A stretch of 64,000 nucleotides of DNA. It comes from Magnetospiraceae bacterium. GTDB lineage: Bacteria; Pseudomonadota; Alphaproteobacteria; Rhodospirillales; JBMYUJ01. A program made the translations under genes and the position numbers. Position 1 is the first letter of the stretch, and each line of letters begins with the position of its first letter. The stretch is taken from positions 1,954 through 65,953 of the forward strand of contig JBMYUJ010000004.1 of assembly GCA_049605255.1 (NCBI GenBank). The letters are read 5' to 3'. The notes beneath the pieces were generated by a model. That model saw nothing but the letters and a program-made list of their open reading frames with translations. It was not told where the DNA came from and did no database searches. Of this stretch, positions 45,981 to 54,729 are shown piece after piece.

Positions 45981-47405
45981 TCAATCGGGGGGGAGGGCTG
46001 CGTTGAGCGGCGCCTTCAACGCTTCGGCGAGCGTTTCGGTGAGGTCATCCCGGGCGGATCGCCGCCCGCTGGAATCCATATGGCCCGCTGCCGCGGACTC
46101 GAAAGCCGACCAATCCGGGTGGGCGCGGGCGCGCTGCAAACTGTCGGGCAATGCGCCGGTTGTCCAGTCCTGCCGCGGGACGGCGGCACCCTCCGCCACC
46201 GCGATTCTCTGCTGGCTTGCATGGCCCCGGCGCAGCAGCGCCTCGATCAGCGTCAATTGCCGCACCGCCAGCAACCGCAAGGTGGCGTCATCGACTCGCA
46301 ATTCGGAAAATCCCCGCGCCTGATCCAGCAACCGGCGGCCATGGCTGCCAAAGCTGCCCCACAGGGCGCCTGCGGCTGCCCCCAGGGCCGCCGCCGCGCC
46401 CAGGGTCAACCCGCCGGTCAGGGCGTCGATGGTCAAACCCGCTGCGGCGCCCGCCGCCGCCCCGCCCCCGGCGCGGATGCCGAATTCCCGCAAGGAATCG
46501 GGGCTGAACAGATCCAGCCCCCACTGTCCATCGGCCAGGGGCAGGTCCGCCGCGTCAAGCTCCTCGGTGCCGAAGTGGAACAGGGCCAGCAGATCGGCGA
46601 CGCAGCGCTGCTCCCGCGCGCGCACCTGATCGCGCAGGGTGTTCACGGCGCTGTCTCGATCCGGCGACTCACCGTCCACCAGCTCCCGATGGGCAGCGGC
46701 GTCGATCAGCAGGTCGGCCAGCAGCCGCGCCGCGCTGGTAATCAGGCGGTGGCGCAACCGTGCCCGATCGGCGATCACCGCATCCATTGTCTCGTCGAAC
46801 CCATCCAGCAACACCCGCATGGCCTCAAACAGGCGCCGCTCGCTTTCGGGGTCCACGACCACCGTGTCGAAGGCCGCGACCGCATGCAGGTTGATCGTGC
46901 GCAAGTAATCCCGCCAGGCCGCCGTATCCGCCGCCGGGTCGGCGACAAAGTTCAGCACCGGTACGACGGGCCGAGCGCAGCGGGCGAGGATTTCCAGTTC
47001 TTCCCGATGTTTCGCCAACAGCCGGTCCCGGGCGTCGATGACATAGAGCGCCACATGGGCGGCGAATACCTGCCGCAGGGCCTTGGCCTCCTGTTCGAAC
47101 CGGTCTTTCGCGGCCGCGCTATCCAGAAACCGTTGGATCACGGCTACCCAGGGCGCGCCCCGGTCTCGGTCCATCCCGTCCAGATGTTCCGCAAGCCCGA
47201 GGGAATCTTCCAACCCCGGGGTGTCGTAAAGCGCGACCAAGGGGGTTCCCTCCACCACCAAGGCGGCGCCTTCCACATGCCGGGTGGTGGCGGGGCGGTC
47301 GAAAACCTCGCCAAACTCCGCATCCCGCGTCAAGGTGCGCAGCAAAGAGGTTTTGCCCGTATTGGTATGGCCGACCACGGCGACGCGCAAAACCGGTAGG
47401 CTCAT
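45981..47405 (-). CDS. GTPase (MMR_HSR1-type G domain) fused to a DUF3482-like region with a Gly/Ala-rich hydrophobic hairpin
   Basis: G1 is VVGHTNTGKTS, G3 is DTPGLED. The C-terminal half has GGGAAAGAAAGLTIDALTGGLTLGAAAALGAAAGALWG. Its ATG overlaps the stop of the upstream DUF2868-like gene (ATGA). Confidence 0.75.
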   Translation of the reverse strand: MSLPVLRVAVVGHTNTGKTSLLRTLTRDAEFGEVFDRPATTRHVEGAALVVEGTPLVALYDTPGLEDSLGLAEHLDGMDRDRGAPWVAVIQRFLDSAAAKDRFEQEAKALRQVFAAHVALYVIDARDRLLAKHREELEILARCARPVVPVLNFVADPAADTAAWRDYLRTINLHAVAAFDTVVVDPESERRLFEAMRVLLDGFDETMDAVIADRARLRHRLITSAARLLADLLIDAAAHRELVDGESPDRDSAVNTLRDQVRAREQRCVADLLALFHFGTEELDAADLPLADGQWGLDLFSPDSLREFGIRAGGGAAAGAAAGLTIDALTGGLTLGAAAALGAAAGALWGSFGSHGRRLLDQARGFSELRVDDATLRLLAVRQLTLIEALLRRGHASQQRIAVAEGAAVPRQDWTTGALPDSLQRARAHPDWSAFESAAAGHMDSSGRRSARDDLTETLAEALKAPLNAALPPD

Positions 47406-48862
47406 GATGCGTTCTCCAAGGCCAAGAGGGCGCCGAGATCGGCCACCTGCGCCGGGTCGGGCCGGTCCAAATCCAGGATCAGCGCCGTCATGCCGACGGT
47501 ATCCGCCAATTCTTGCCAGTGCCGATCCCGGTCACCCCGCGCCGGGCCGCTCAGGATCAGCAGGTGCGGGCAGGGGGCGGCGTCCCTAATCTCGCCGAAA
47601 AAGGCCGCCGTGCCCCGGTCGGGCGTGCCTGCCCGGTCGCAGACCACCACCAATGCCCGAGGGGGCGGCCGCATGTCGCCAAGGCTGTCCAACAGCCGTT
47701 GCCGATCCGCCCGGCTTTCCACAAAGCCCAGGTCCCGCCAGGGGGCCCTGGGCCGGGTCGGCGGCCAGTGTAGCGGGCTGGGAATCTCAAACCCGGCAAT
47801 GGCCACGGGACCTTTGCCTTCAATCCGGACCGAGGGGTGCGGCGTTGCGGGTGGCGGCGCGGTCCCCGGGTCCGGATCAACGATACCGAGAATCTGATGA
47901 TCGGGCATCAGGCGGGCCCGCAACCGCTCATAGCCGGGAAGCATGGTCTCCAAGGCGATCCGCCCCCGCGCGCGGCGCGCCAGGAACGCCGTTGCCCCCA
48001 GCAGGATCAGGCGCGGTAGAAGCCCATACACCACCAGGCAACCAATGAGTAACCCGGCCCAGGCGCCGCGCGCGGGCCCGCCCGTATCCTGGCTGGCGGC
48101 GATTTCCGCGGCATCGGGAACGGTAAACCCGAGCGCGCCGGGCAGCGCGGCCAGGGTATCGGTCCAGACGATAAAGGTGGCGTCGGTCAGGATCGTGGTT
48201 TGCCACACGAAATCCACCCGCCACAGGCTCAGCATCACCAGGGTCATGGCCAGGGCGCCGGTCAGGAAGGCTGTCCACAAGCCATGGGACAAGGCGCTGG
48301 CGGTCCAGGTCCCCACCGCGCCTCGGGTCATGCCCGCAATCGCGCGTAAACCCGCCAGCATGGCCGGTCCCGACCGGAAGCGTCGCGCCAGGGCCAGCCC
48401 GGCACGGGCGACCCATCCGCCCAAGCTGCCCGATTGGGCAAGGTCTGGCTGCAAGATTACAATGATTCCCCAAAAGAGGAGGGTCAGGGTTGGCGCCGCC
48501 AGCAAACCGACCGCCGCGCCGAAGAAATTCACCGTGCCGCCGCCCGCGAATACCGCCTGGGCGGCGAGCCCCCCGGCCAGGGCCGCCAGCAGGATCGCCA
48601 GGATCATACTGACCCGCAGGCCGTTGCGGATGCTGTCCAACGCCTCTTCCAGGTCTTGCGATACGGGCAGGGCCTGTGCCCGCAGGATCACCCGGGATTC
48701 GAAATCGCCGCCTTGGCGCTTCGCCCGTTCCACCGCACCGTCATCCTCCAATGGGCCCGTGCGCGCGGCCTCGAAATGGCGCGCGGCCTCCGCCCGCAAA
48801 CGGTCGCGGGTGAGGCCGGTCGGGAAAGTTGGGCCGGGGGTCGTCATTGGGGTCTCGGGCAT
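47402..48862 (-). CDS. DUF2868-like polytopic membrane protein
   Basis: 486-aa ORF with several hydrophobic helices in the central part and a soluble C-terminal ~130 aa. The family assignment is from memory of the DUF2868/DUF3482 gene pair. Confidence 0.6.
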   Translation of the reverse strand: MPETPMTTPGPTFPTGLTRDRLRAEAARHFEAARTGPLEDDGAVERAKRQGGDFESRVILRAQALPVSQDLEEALDSIRNGLRVSMILAILLAALAGGLAAQAVFAGGGTVNFFGAAVGLLAAPTLTLLFWGIIVILQPDLAQSGSLGGWVARAGLALARRFRSGPAMLAGLRAIAGMTRGAVGTWTASALSHGLWTAFLTGALAMTLVMLSLWRVDFVWQTTILTDATFIVWTDTLAALPGALGFTVPDAAEIAASQDTGGPARGAWAGLLIGCLVVYGLLPRLILLGATAFLARRARGRIALETMLPGYERLRARLMPDHQILGIVDPDPGTAPPPATPHPSVRIEGKGPVAIAGFEIPSPLHWPPTRPRAPWRDLGFVESRADRQRLLDSLGDMRPPPRALVVVCDRAGTPDRGTAAFFGEIRDAAPCPHLLILSGPARGDRDRHWQELADTVGMTALILDLDRPDPAQVADLGALLALENAS

Positions 48863-48941
48863 CCTGTGTTCCGGGCGGCATTGCCGCCGCCCTGGTTTTG
48901 GTCGTAAGGTCGCGGCGCGGTCCGGTCAAGGAGCAAAGCCC

Positions 48942-50141
48942 ATGGAACATACCGATCTTCTCGTCGTCGGCGCCGGGATCAGCGGCCTCAGCCTCGCCCA
49001 CGCGGCGGCCAGGTTGGGCCTTTCCGTGCGCGTGTTGGAGGCCACGGACCGGGTGGGCGGATGCGTGCATTCCCATCGCTATGGGGGCGCCCAGGGAGAT
49101 TTCTGGATCGAGCTGGGGTCCCATACCGCCTATAACAGCTATGGCGGCATGATCGCCCTGGCGGAAGACCTGGGCTTGGCTTCCCAGATGATCCCCCGGG
49201 TAAAGCAGCCTTTCAAGATGTGGGTAGATGGCGCGTTCAAATCCATCCCGGGCTATTTGGGGTTGGGGGCAATTCGCTTTGCCATGGGGCTGCCGCGCAT
49301 GCTGAAAGGCGACAAGACGGGCAAAAGCGTGCGCGGCCATTTTCGCCCGGCGGTGGGCGCGCGCAATTACGACCGGGTGTTTCATCCCGCCTTCAGCGCC
49401 GTGGCCTGCCAGGATGCGGATGGCTTTGCCGCCGACATGTTGTTCAAGAAGCGTCCCCGCCGCAGGGACCTGCCCCGCAGCTATTCCTTCACCGGGGGGC
49501 TATCGACCCTGACCGATGCCGCCGCCGCCGATCCGGCGATTTCTGTGCACCCGGGGATGCCGGTGAATGGAATCACGTTTGAGTCAGGAAATTATGCGGT
49601 GTCAACGGCGCCGGGAGATATGTTCTCCGCCCGGTTCCTGGCGCTGGCGATGCCGCCGGATGTGGCCGCCGGATTGCTGCGCCCTCGGGAGGCGAGCTTG
49701 GCCGATCTGTTGGCGACGATTCCCATGGTCGAGCTGGATAGCCTGGGGGTGGTGGTGGAGGCAGCCCCCCGCGCGCCCTTCGCGGGGTTGATCCCCTCGG
49801 CGGCGCCGTTTTTCTCTGCTGTTTCCCGCGATACGGTGCCCCATGAACATTTCCGGGGCTTCACCTTCCATTTTCACCCGGACCGGCTGATTTGGGAAGA
49901 ACGCCTGGTGCAGGCCGCCGCCGTCCTCGGGGTGGGGCCGGAAGCCTTTCTGGAGACGGTGGAAAAACGCAACCGACTGCCCAGCCTCAAGGCCGGGCAT
50001 GCAGACAAGATCGTGGCTCTGGACCGTCACTTGGCGGGGTCGTCTCTCTTGTTGACCGGAAATTATTTCAATGGCTTGGCGCTGGAAGATTGCGTGAGCC
50101 GGTCGTTGGCGGAGGCGGATCGATTGCGACAAATGCTTTGA
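48942..50141 (+). CDS. FAD-dependent oxidoreductase (protoporphyrinogen/amine oxidase-like)
   Basis: From ATG 48942 (AAGGAG upstream): MEHTDLLVVGAGISGLSLAHAAARLGLSVRVLEATDRVGG, the dinucleotide-binding GxGxxG...E...GG motif. 399 aa. ORF 47943..50141 over-extends on the antisense of the DUF2868 gene. Confidence 0.75.
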   Translation: MEHTDLLVVGAGISGLSLAHAAARLGLSVRVLEATDRVGGCVHSHRYGGAQGDFWIELGSHTAYNSYGGMIALAEDLGLASQMIPRVKQPFKMWVDGAFKSIPGYLGLGAIRFAMGLPRMLKGDKTGKSVRGHFRPAVGARNYDRVFHPAFSAVACQDADGFAADMLFKKRPRRRDLPRSYSFTGGLSTLTDAAAADPAISVHPGMPVNGITFESGNYAVSTAPGDMFSARFLALAMPPDVAAGLLRPREASLADLLATIPMVELDSLGVVVEAAPRAPFAGLIPSAAPFFSAVSRDTVPHEHFRGFTFHFHPDRLIWEERLVQAAAVLGVGPEAFLETVEKRNRLPSLKAGHADKIVALDRHLAGSSLLLTGNYFNGLALEDCVSRSLAEADRLRQML

Positions 50142-50198
50142 CATGATTGGCCCGTCCCCCGATGATTCGCCGGGACAAAAACCAAGAGCGATCCGCCC

Positions 50199-51746
50199 AT
50201 GCCACCCCGTAAATCCACCGCCTTTCCCAAGGGCCGCCGCGCCGAGGAGAGCCTTGAAATCGACCTGCGGGCGCTGTTCGGCCCCGGGGGCACGGCGCGG
50301 GATCGCCTGATCGAAAACCTGCATCTGATTCAGGACCGGGATGGCGCAATCACCGCCGCCGCCATCGCCGCCACCGCCGCCGTCATGCGTTTGTCTCAGG
50401 CAGAGGTCTATGAGGTCGCCACCTTCTACGCCCATTTCCGGGTTTTGCCAGACGGGGTGGAAGCGCCCGGTGCGGCGCCGGTGCGGGTCTGTGATGGCAT
50501 CGTTTGCAAGATGCATGGGGCAGATGATCTCCATCGCCAGCAGATCGCGGCGGGAAAGCAGGTCACCTGGGTGCCCTGTATCGGCGCCTGTGACCGCGCG
50601 CCCGCGCTGTGGACCGGGCCGGTTGACACCGGCAGCGCCGACACCGAAGCCCCCGCGGCGTTCCCGGTGTTGCAGCGCTGTCTGGACGGTAGCCTGAGCC
50701 GGGAGGCGATCTTCGATGCCCTGGATGCGGCAGACCTCAAGGGTTTGGGCGGCGCCGGTTTTCCCACCGGGCGGAAATGGCGCCTGGTGGCATCGGGGGA
50801 AGGCCCGCGCTATCTGGCGGTGAATGCGGATGAGGGTGAACCCGGCACCTTCAAAGACCGGCATTGCCTGGAAACCGATCCGGATCGCGTGTTGGAAGGG
50901 ATGCTGATCGCCGCCTGGGCGGTGGGCGCGGATGCCTGCTACATTTATTTACGGGATGAATATCCAGATTTGCATCGGGTATTGGCCGCGCGGATCGCCC
51001 AGGCTGCCGCGCAAGGGCTGGCGGACCCGGCCAGCATACACCTGCGCCGGGGCGCGGGCGCCTATATCTGCGGTGAGGAAACCGCCCTGCTGGAAAGTCT
51101 GGAAGGCAAGCGGGGGCTGCCGCGCAACAAGCCACCCTTCCCGGCGGCGGTGGGCCTGTTCGGGCGGCCCACGCTGATCAACAATGTGGAAACCCTCTGG
51201 TGGGTGCCGGAAATCCTCGATAAGGGCCCCGAAACCTATGGCGGGCGGCGATTGTTTTCCGTTTCTGGCCGGGTCAACCGCCCCGGTGTGGTCGAAGCCG
51301 GGCCGGGCACCACCGTGCGCGATCTTATCGACCGCTGCGGTGGGATGCAGACGGGCCACGCCTTTACGGCCTATCTGCCCGGCGGCGCCTCGGGCGGGCT
51401 GCTGCCCGCATCGCTGGGAAACCTGCCCTTGGATTTCGGCGCCCTGACCGATTACGGCTGCTTTGTTGGGTCGGCGGCGGTGGTGGTGCTCTCAGACCAG
51501 GATTCCTTACGCGATGTGGTGATGAACCTGATGCAGTTTTTCGATCATGAAAGCTGCGGCCAATGCACGCCTTGCCGGGTGGGCTGCGAAAAGATCGTCG
51601 CCCTGTTGGGCCAGGAAAAACCGCCGCTCGCGCCGCTCAAGGACCTGGCCGCGGTGATGGCGGATGCCTCCATCTGCGGGCTGGGGCAGGCGGCGCCCAA
51701 CGCGCTCACCTGCGCGCTGACCCATTTCCCGGAGGCCTTTACATGA
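50199..51746 (+). CDS. fdsB: NAD-dependent formate dehydrogenase beta subunit (NuoF-like, with a fused N-terminal NuoE/FdsG-like 2Fe-2S domain)
   Basis: 515 aa. The N-terminus has a thioredoxin-like 2Fe-2S Cys pattern (VCDGIVC...PCIGACDRAP). It then has NuoF-like GLGGAGFPTGRKW, the FMN site, and a C-terminal 4Fe-4S motif ESCGQCTPCR. Confidence 0.85.
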   Translation: MPPRKSTAFPKGRRAEESLEIDLRALFGPGGTARDRLIENLHLIQDRDGAITAAAIAATAAVMRLSQAEVYEVATFYAHFRVLPDGVEAPGAAPVRVCDGIVCKMHGADDLHRQQIAAGKQVTWVPCIGACDRAPALWTGPVDTGSADTEAPAAFPVLQRCLDGSLSREAIFDALDAADLKGLGGAGFPTGRKWRLVASGEGPRYLAVNADEGEPGTFKDRHCLETDPDRVLEGMLIAAWAVGADACYIYLRDEYPDLHRVLAARIAQAAAQGLADPASIHLRRGAGAYICGEETALLESLEGKRGLPRNKPPFPAAVGLFGRPTLINNVETLWWVPEILDKGPETYGGRRLFSVSGRVNRPGVVEAGPGTTVRDLIDRCGGMQTGHAFTAYLPGGASGGLLPASLGNLPLDFGALTDYGCFVGSAAVVVLSDQDSLRDVVMNLMQFFDHESCGQCTPCRVGCEKIVALLGQEKPPLAPLKDLAAVMADASICGLGQAAPNALTCALTHFPEAFT

Positions 51747-54472
51747 GCGGGCCAATCGCGTTTACCCTGGATGGCAAGACGGTGACGGCGGCCCCGGGAG
51801 AAACCTTGTTTCAGGTGGCGCAGCGGGAGGGGATCAAAATTCCCCATCTCTGTTCCGAATATCATCATGGGTCCCGCGCGGACGGCAATTGCCGACTCTG
51901 CGTGGTGGAAATTACAGGCGAACGGGTGTTGGCGCCGTCTTGCCTCCGTAAGCCAGAGCCCGGCATGGCCGTGGAGACCAAATCCAAGCGGGTAACGACG
52001 GCGCGGCGCATGGTCATGGAATTGCTGCTGGCCGATATGCCGCCTCGGGACCAGGGCCCCGATCCGGATTCCCATTTCTGGGCCATGGCGGACAAGGTGG
52101 GCACGGCGGGAACCCGGTTCCCGGCGCGCGCGGCGCCAAAACATGATGCGTCCCACCCGGCCTTGGCCGTGTCGCTCAATGCTTGCATTCATTGCACCAA
52201 TTGTGTGCGGGCCTGCGGCGACATCCAGGTCAACAACGTGTTGGGCATGGCGGCGCGGGGCGCCCGGTCGACCATCGTGTTCGATCAGGCGGACCCGGCG
52301 GTCGCCAGCACGTGTGTTGCCTGCGGTGAATGCGTTCAATCTTGCCCGACCGGCGCGCTGTTGCCGCGTGATCCGCTGACCGGCGGCGCGGTCTGCGAGG
52401 CCATGGTGGAAAAGCGGGTGGACTCGCTGTGCCCGTTCTGTGGCGTCGGGTGCCAGGTTTCCTATGCCCTGCGCAATGATCGCATCGTGCGGGTGGATGG
52501 TCTGCCCGGCCCGGCCAATGACGGGCGGCTCTGCGTGAAGGGCCGTTTCGGCTTCGATTATATCAACCATCCCCACCGGCTGACCAAGCCGCTGATCCGC
52601 AAGCCCGGGGTGCCGAAACGGGCGGGGGATCGGGTGGACCCGGCCAACCCCGGTACCCATTTTCGGGAAGCCAGCTGGGAAGAGGCCTTGGAGAAAGCCG
52701 CGCGGGGCTTCATGCGCTTGCGGGATCGCAATGGGGCGGACGCGCTGGCCGGGTTCGGCTCCGCCAAGGGCAGCAACGAGGAAGCGTATCTGTTCCAAAA
52801 ACTGGTACGCACCGGGTTCGGGACCAACAATGTGGACCATTGCACCCGGCTCTGCCATGCGTCTTCCGTGGCGGCCTTGATGGAGGGCATCGGCACGGCG
52901 GCGGTGTCCGCGCCGTTTAATGATGCCCTGTTGGCCGATGTGATCATCGTGATCGGTGCGCGGCCCAATCAGAACCATCCGGTGGCGGCCAGCTTTATCA
53001 AGAGCGCGGCCAAGGCGGGCAAGCATCTGATCGTGATGGACCCGCGCGGCCAGGGGCTCACCCCCCATGCGCGCCATCATCTGCGGTTCAAGCCGGGGAT
53101 GGATGTGGCGCTGTTGAACGCCCTGCTGCACACCATCATCACCGAAGGCCTGACCGACGCGGATTACATTGCCGCCCATACCCAGGATTATGAGGCGCTG
53201 AAGGCGCGTATCGCCGACTTTTCGCCGGAGGCCATGGCGCCGGTCTGCGGCATCGATGCGGACACGATCCGCGAGGTGGCGCGGGCCTATGCGACGGCGG
53301 AACGGTCCATCATCTTTTGGGGCATGGGGGTTTCCCAGCATGTGCATGGGACCGATAACGCCCGCTGTTTGATTTCCCTGGCGCTGTGCACCGGGCAGAT
53401 CGGCCGCCCCGGCACCGGCCTGCATCCCTTGCGTGGCCAGAACAATGTGCAAGGCGCCTCCGATGCGGGGCTGATCCCCATGGTATTCCCCGATTACCAG
53501 CCGGTTTCCGACCGGGACAATCACGCCTTCTGGTCAGGCTATTGGCAGGCGCCCCTGCATCCGGAAAAAGGCCTCACGGTGGTGGAGATCATGCATGGTG
53601 CCCTGGCGGGCAGCATTCGGGGCATGTATGTGATGGGGGAAAATCCGGCGATGTCCGACCCGGACGCCGCCAAGGCGCGGGCGGGCTTGGCCAATCTGGA
53701 ACATCTCGTGGTGCAGGATATTTTCCTGACCGAAACGGCGGCCCATGCGGATGTGATCCTGCCCGCCTCGGCGTTTCCGGAAAAGACCGGCACCTTTACC
53801 AACACGAACCGGCAGGTGCAGATGGGGCGCGCGGTGGTGGCGCCGCCGGGGGACGCCCGGCAGGACCTCTGGATCATCAATGCGCTGGCCCGCCGCCTGG
53901 GCCTGGATTGGCATTACGCCCATCCGAAAACCGTGTTTGACGAGATGCGCGGCGGGATGCCGTCACTCGATGGGATTACCTGGGAGGACCTAGCGCGCGA
54001 CGGCGCCGCCACCTATCCCCATAATCAGGCGGTGTTGTTTGGCGAGGGGTTCCCCACCGAGGACGGGCGCGGCCGCTTCGTCCCCACCGATATCGTCCCC
54101 CCCGATGAGTTGCCAGATGATTCCTATCCGTTGGTGCTCAGCACCGGGCGCCTGTTGGAGCATTGGCATACGGGGGCGATGACCCGGCGCTCAACGGTAT
54201 TGGAGGCCTTGGAGCCGCAACCCACCGCCAGCCTGCATCCGCGCCAGTTGGGGGATTTGGGGGTTTCGGCGGGGGCGGAGATTCGCCTGACCAGCCGCCG
54301 GGGGACGGTGGTGTTGCAGGCCCGGGCCGATCGGGATGTGCCCGTGGGCATGGTCTTCGTGCCGTTCTGCTACACGGAGGCGGCGGCCAATCTGCTGACC
54401 AATCCGAAACTGGACCCGTTTGGCAAGATCCCGGAGTTCAAGGTCTGCGCCGTCCGCGCCGAAGCGGTGTAG
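51743..54472 (+). CDS. fdsA: NAD-dependent formate dehydrogenase alpha subunit (molybdopterin)
   Basis: From ATG 51743 (ATGA overlap): MSGPIAFTLDGKTVTAAPGETLFQVAQREGIKIPHLC, then 2Fe-2S/4Fe-4S Cys clusters (CIHCTNCVRAC, CVACGECVQSCP, CPFCGVGC). It has the Mo-bisPGD domain with an active-site Cys context (VDHCTRLCHAS). There is no in-frame TGA. Confidence 0.9.
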   Translation: MSGPIAFTLDGKTVTAAPGETLFQVAQREGIKIPHLCSEYHHGSRADGNCRLCVVEITGERVLAPSCLRKPEPGMAVETKSKRVTTARRMVMELLLADMPPRDQGPDPDSHFWAMADKVGTAGTRFPARAAPKHDASHPALAVSLNACIHCTNCVRACGDIQVNNVLGMAARGARSTIVFDQADPAVASTCVACGECVQSCPTGALLPRDPLTGGAVCEAMVEKRVDSLCPFCGVGCQVSYALRNDRIVRVDGLPGPANDGRLCVKGRFGFDYINHPHRLTKPLIRKPGVPKRAGDRVDPANPGTHFREASWEEALEKAARGFMRLRDRNGADALAGFGSAKGSNEEAYLFQKLVRTGFGTNNVDHCTRLCHASSVAALMEGIGTAAVSAPFNDALLADVIIVIGARPNQNHPVAASFIKSAAKAGKHLIVMDPRGQGLTPHARHHLRFKPGMDVALLNALLHTIITEGLTDADYIAAHTQDYEALKARIADFSPEAMAPVCGIDADTIREVARAYATAERSIIFWGMGVSQHVHGTDNARCLISLALCTGQIGRPGTGLHPLRGQNNVQGASDAGLIPMVFPDYQPVSDRDNHAFWSGYWQAPLHPEKGLTVVEIMHGALAGSIRGMYVMGENPAMSDPDAAKARAGLANLEHLVVQDIFLTETAAHADVILPASAFPEKTGTFTNTNRQVQMGRAVVAPPGDARQDLWIINALARRLGLDWHYAHPKTVFDEMRGGMPSLDGITWEDLARDGAATYPHNQAVLFGEGFPTEDGRGRFVPTDIVPPDELPDDSYPLVLSTGRLLEHWHTGAMTRRSTVLEALEPQPTASLHPRQLGDLGVSAGAEIRLTSRRGTVVLQARADRDVPVGMVFVPFCYTEAAANLLTNPKLDPFGKIPEFKVCAVRAEAV

Positions 54473-54485
54473 GCGGTCATTCTCT

Positions 54486-54729
54486 CTAGAGCGCGTTCGA
54501 TGATTTCCGACTCATTAAACACGCTCTATGTTATTGTTTTTACGCATTTTCGAACCGGAAAACCGCTCACACTTTTCCTGAAAATGCTCTAGAGCCGGAT
54601 CGATGTAATCATGGTCAAAATCGTGACCATGATTACATCGTGAATCCGTCTCTAAACAATATCTTAGAGGGCGATTCACGACTTAATCTGTATCATTTCA
54701 TGATTCATATTAAGTCGATCGCGCTCTAG
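54486..54729. repeat. AT-rich MITE-like / mosaic palindromic element with 15-bp terminal inverted repeats and 4-5 internal hairpins
   Basis: The left TIR CTAGAGCGCGTTCGA (54486..54500) matches the reverse complement of the right TIR (54715..54729) at 14 of 15 positions. Internal features are a 17-bp perfect hairpin (54601..54617 / 54624..54640), GCATTTTC/GAAAATGC (54544..54551 / 54580..54587), the palindrome GCTCTAGAGC (54586..54595), TCGTGAATC/GATTCACGA (54638..54646 / 54673..54681) and ACTTAAT/ATTAAGT (54681..54687 / 54709..54715). It is visibly AT-rich compared with its flanks. Confidence 0.5.

Noticed and set aside
51545-53524. 659-aa minus-strand ORF antisense to fdsA
   Set aside because: The same GC artefact. 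The plus strand encodes canonical Fe-S and molybdopterin motifs.
51743-54472. Possible selenocysteine (in-frame TGA) in the formate dehydrogenase alpha subunit
   Set aside because: The reading frame is uninterrupted and the active-site position reads as Cys. This is consistent with the NAD-linked Fds type, which does not use Sec.
54500-54592. 30-codon ORF (MISDSLNTLYVIVFTHFRTGKPLTLFLKML) inside the AT-rich palindromic element
   Set aside because: It has no SD, lies entirely within hairpin-forming repeat sequence, and ends in the GCTCTAGAGC palindrome. It is more likely a by-product of the repeat than a gene. It would be worth revisiting only if repeat copies elsewhere conserve the frame.
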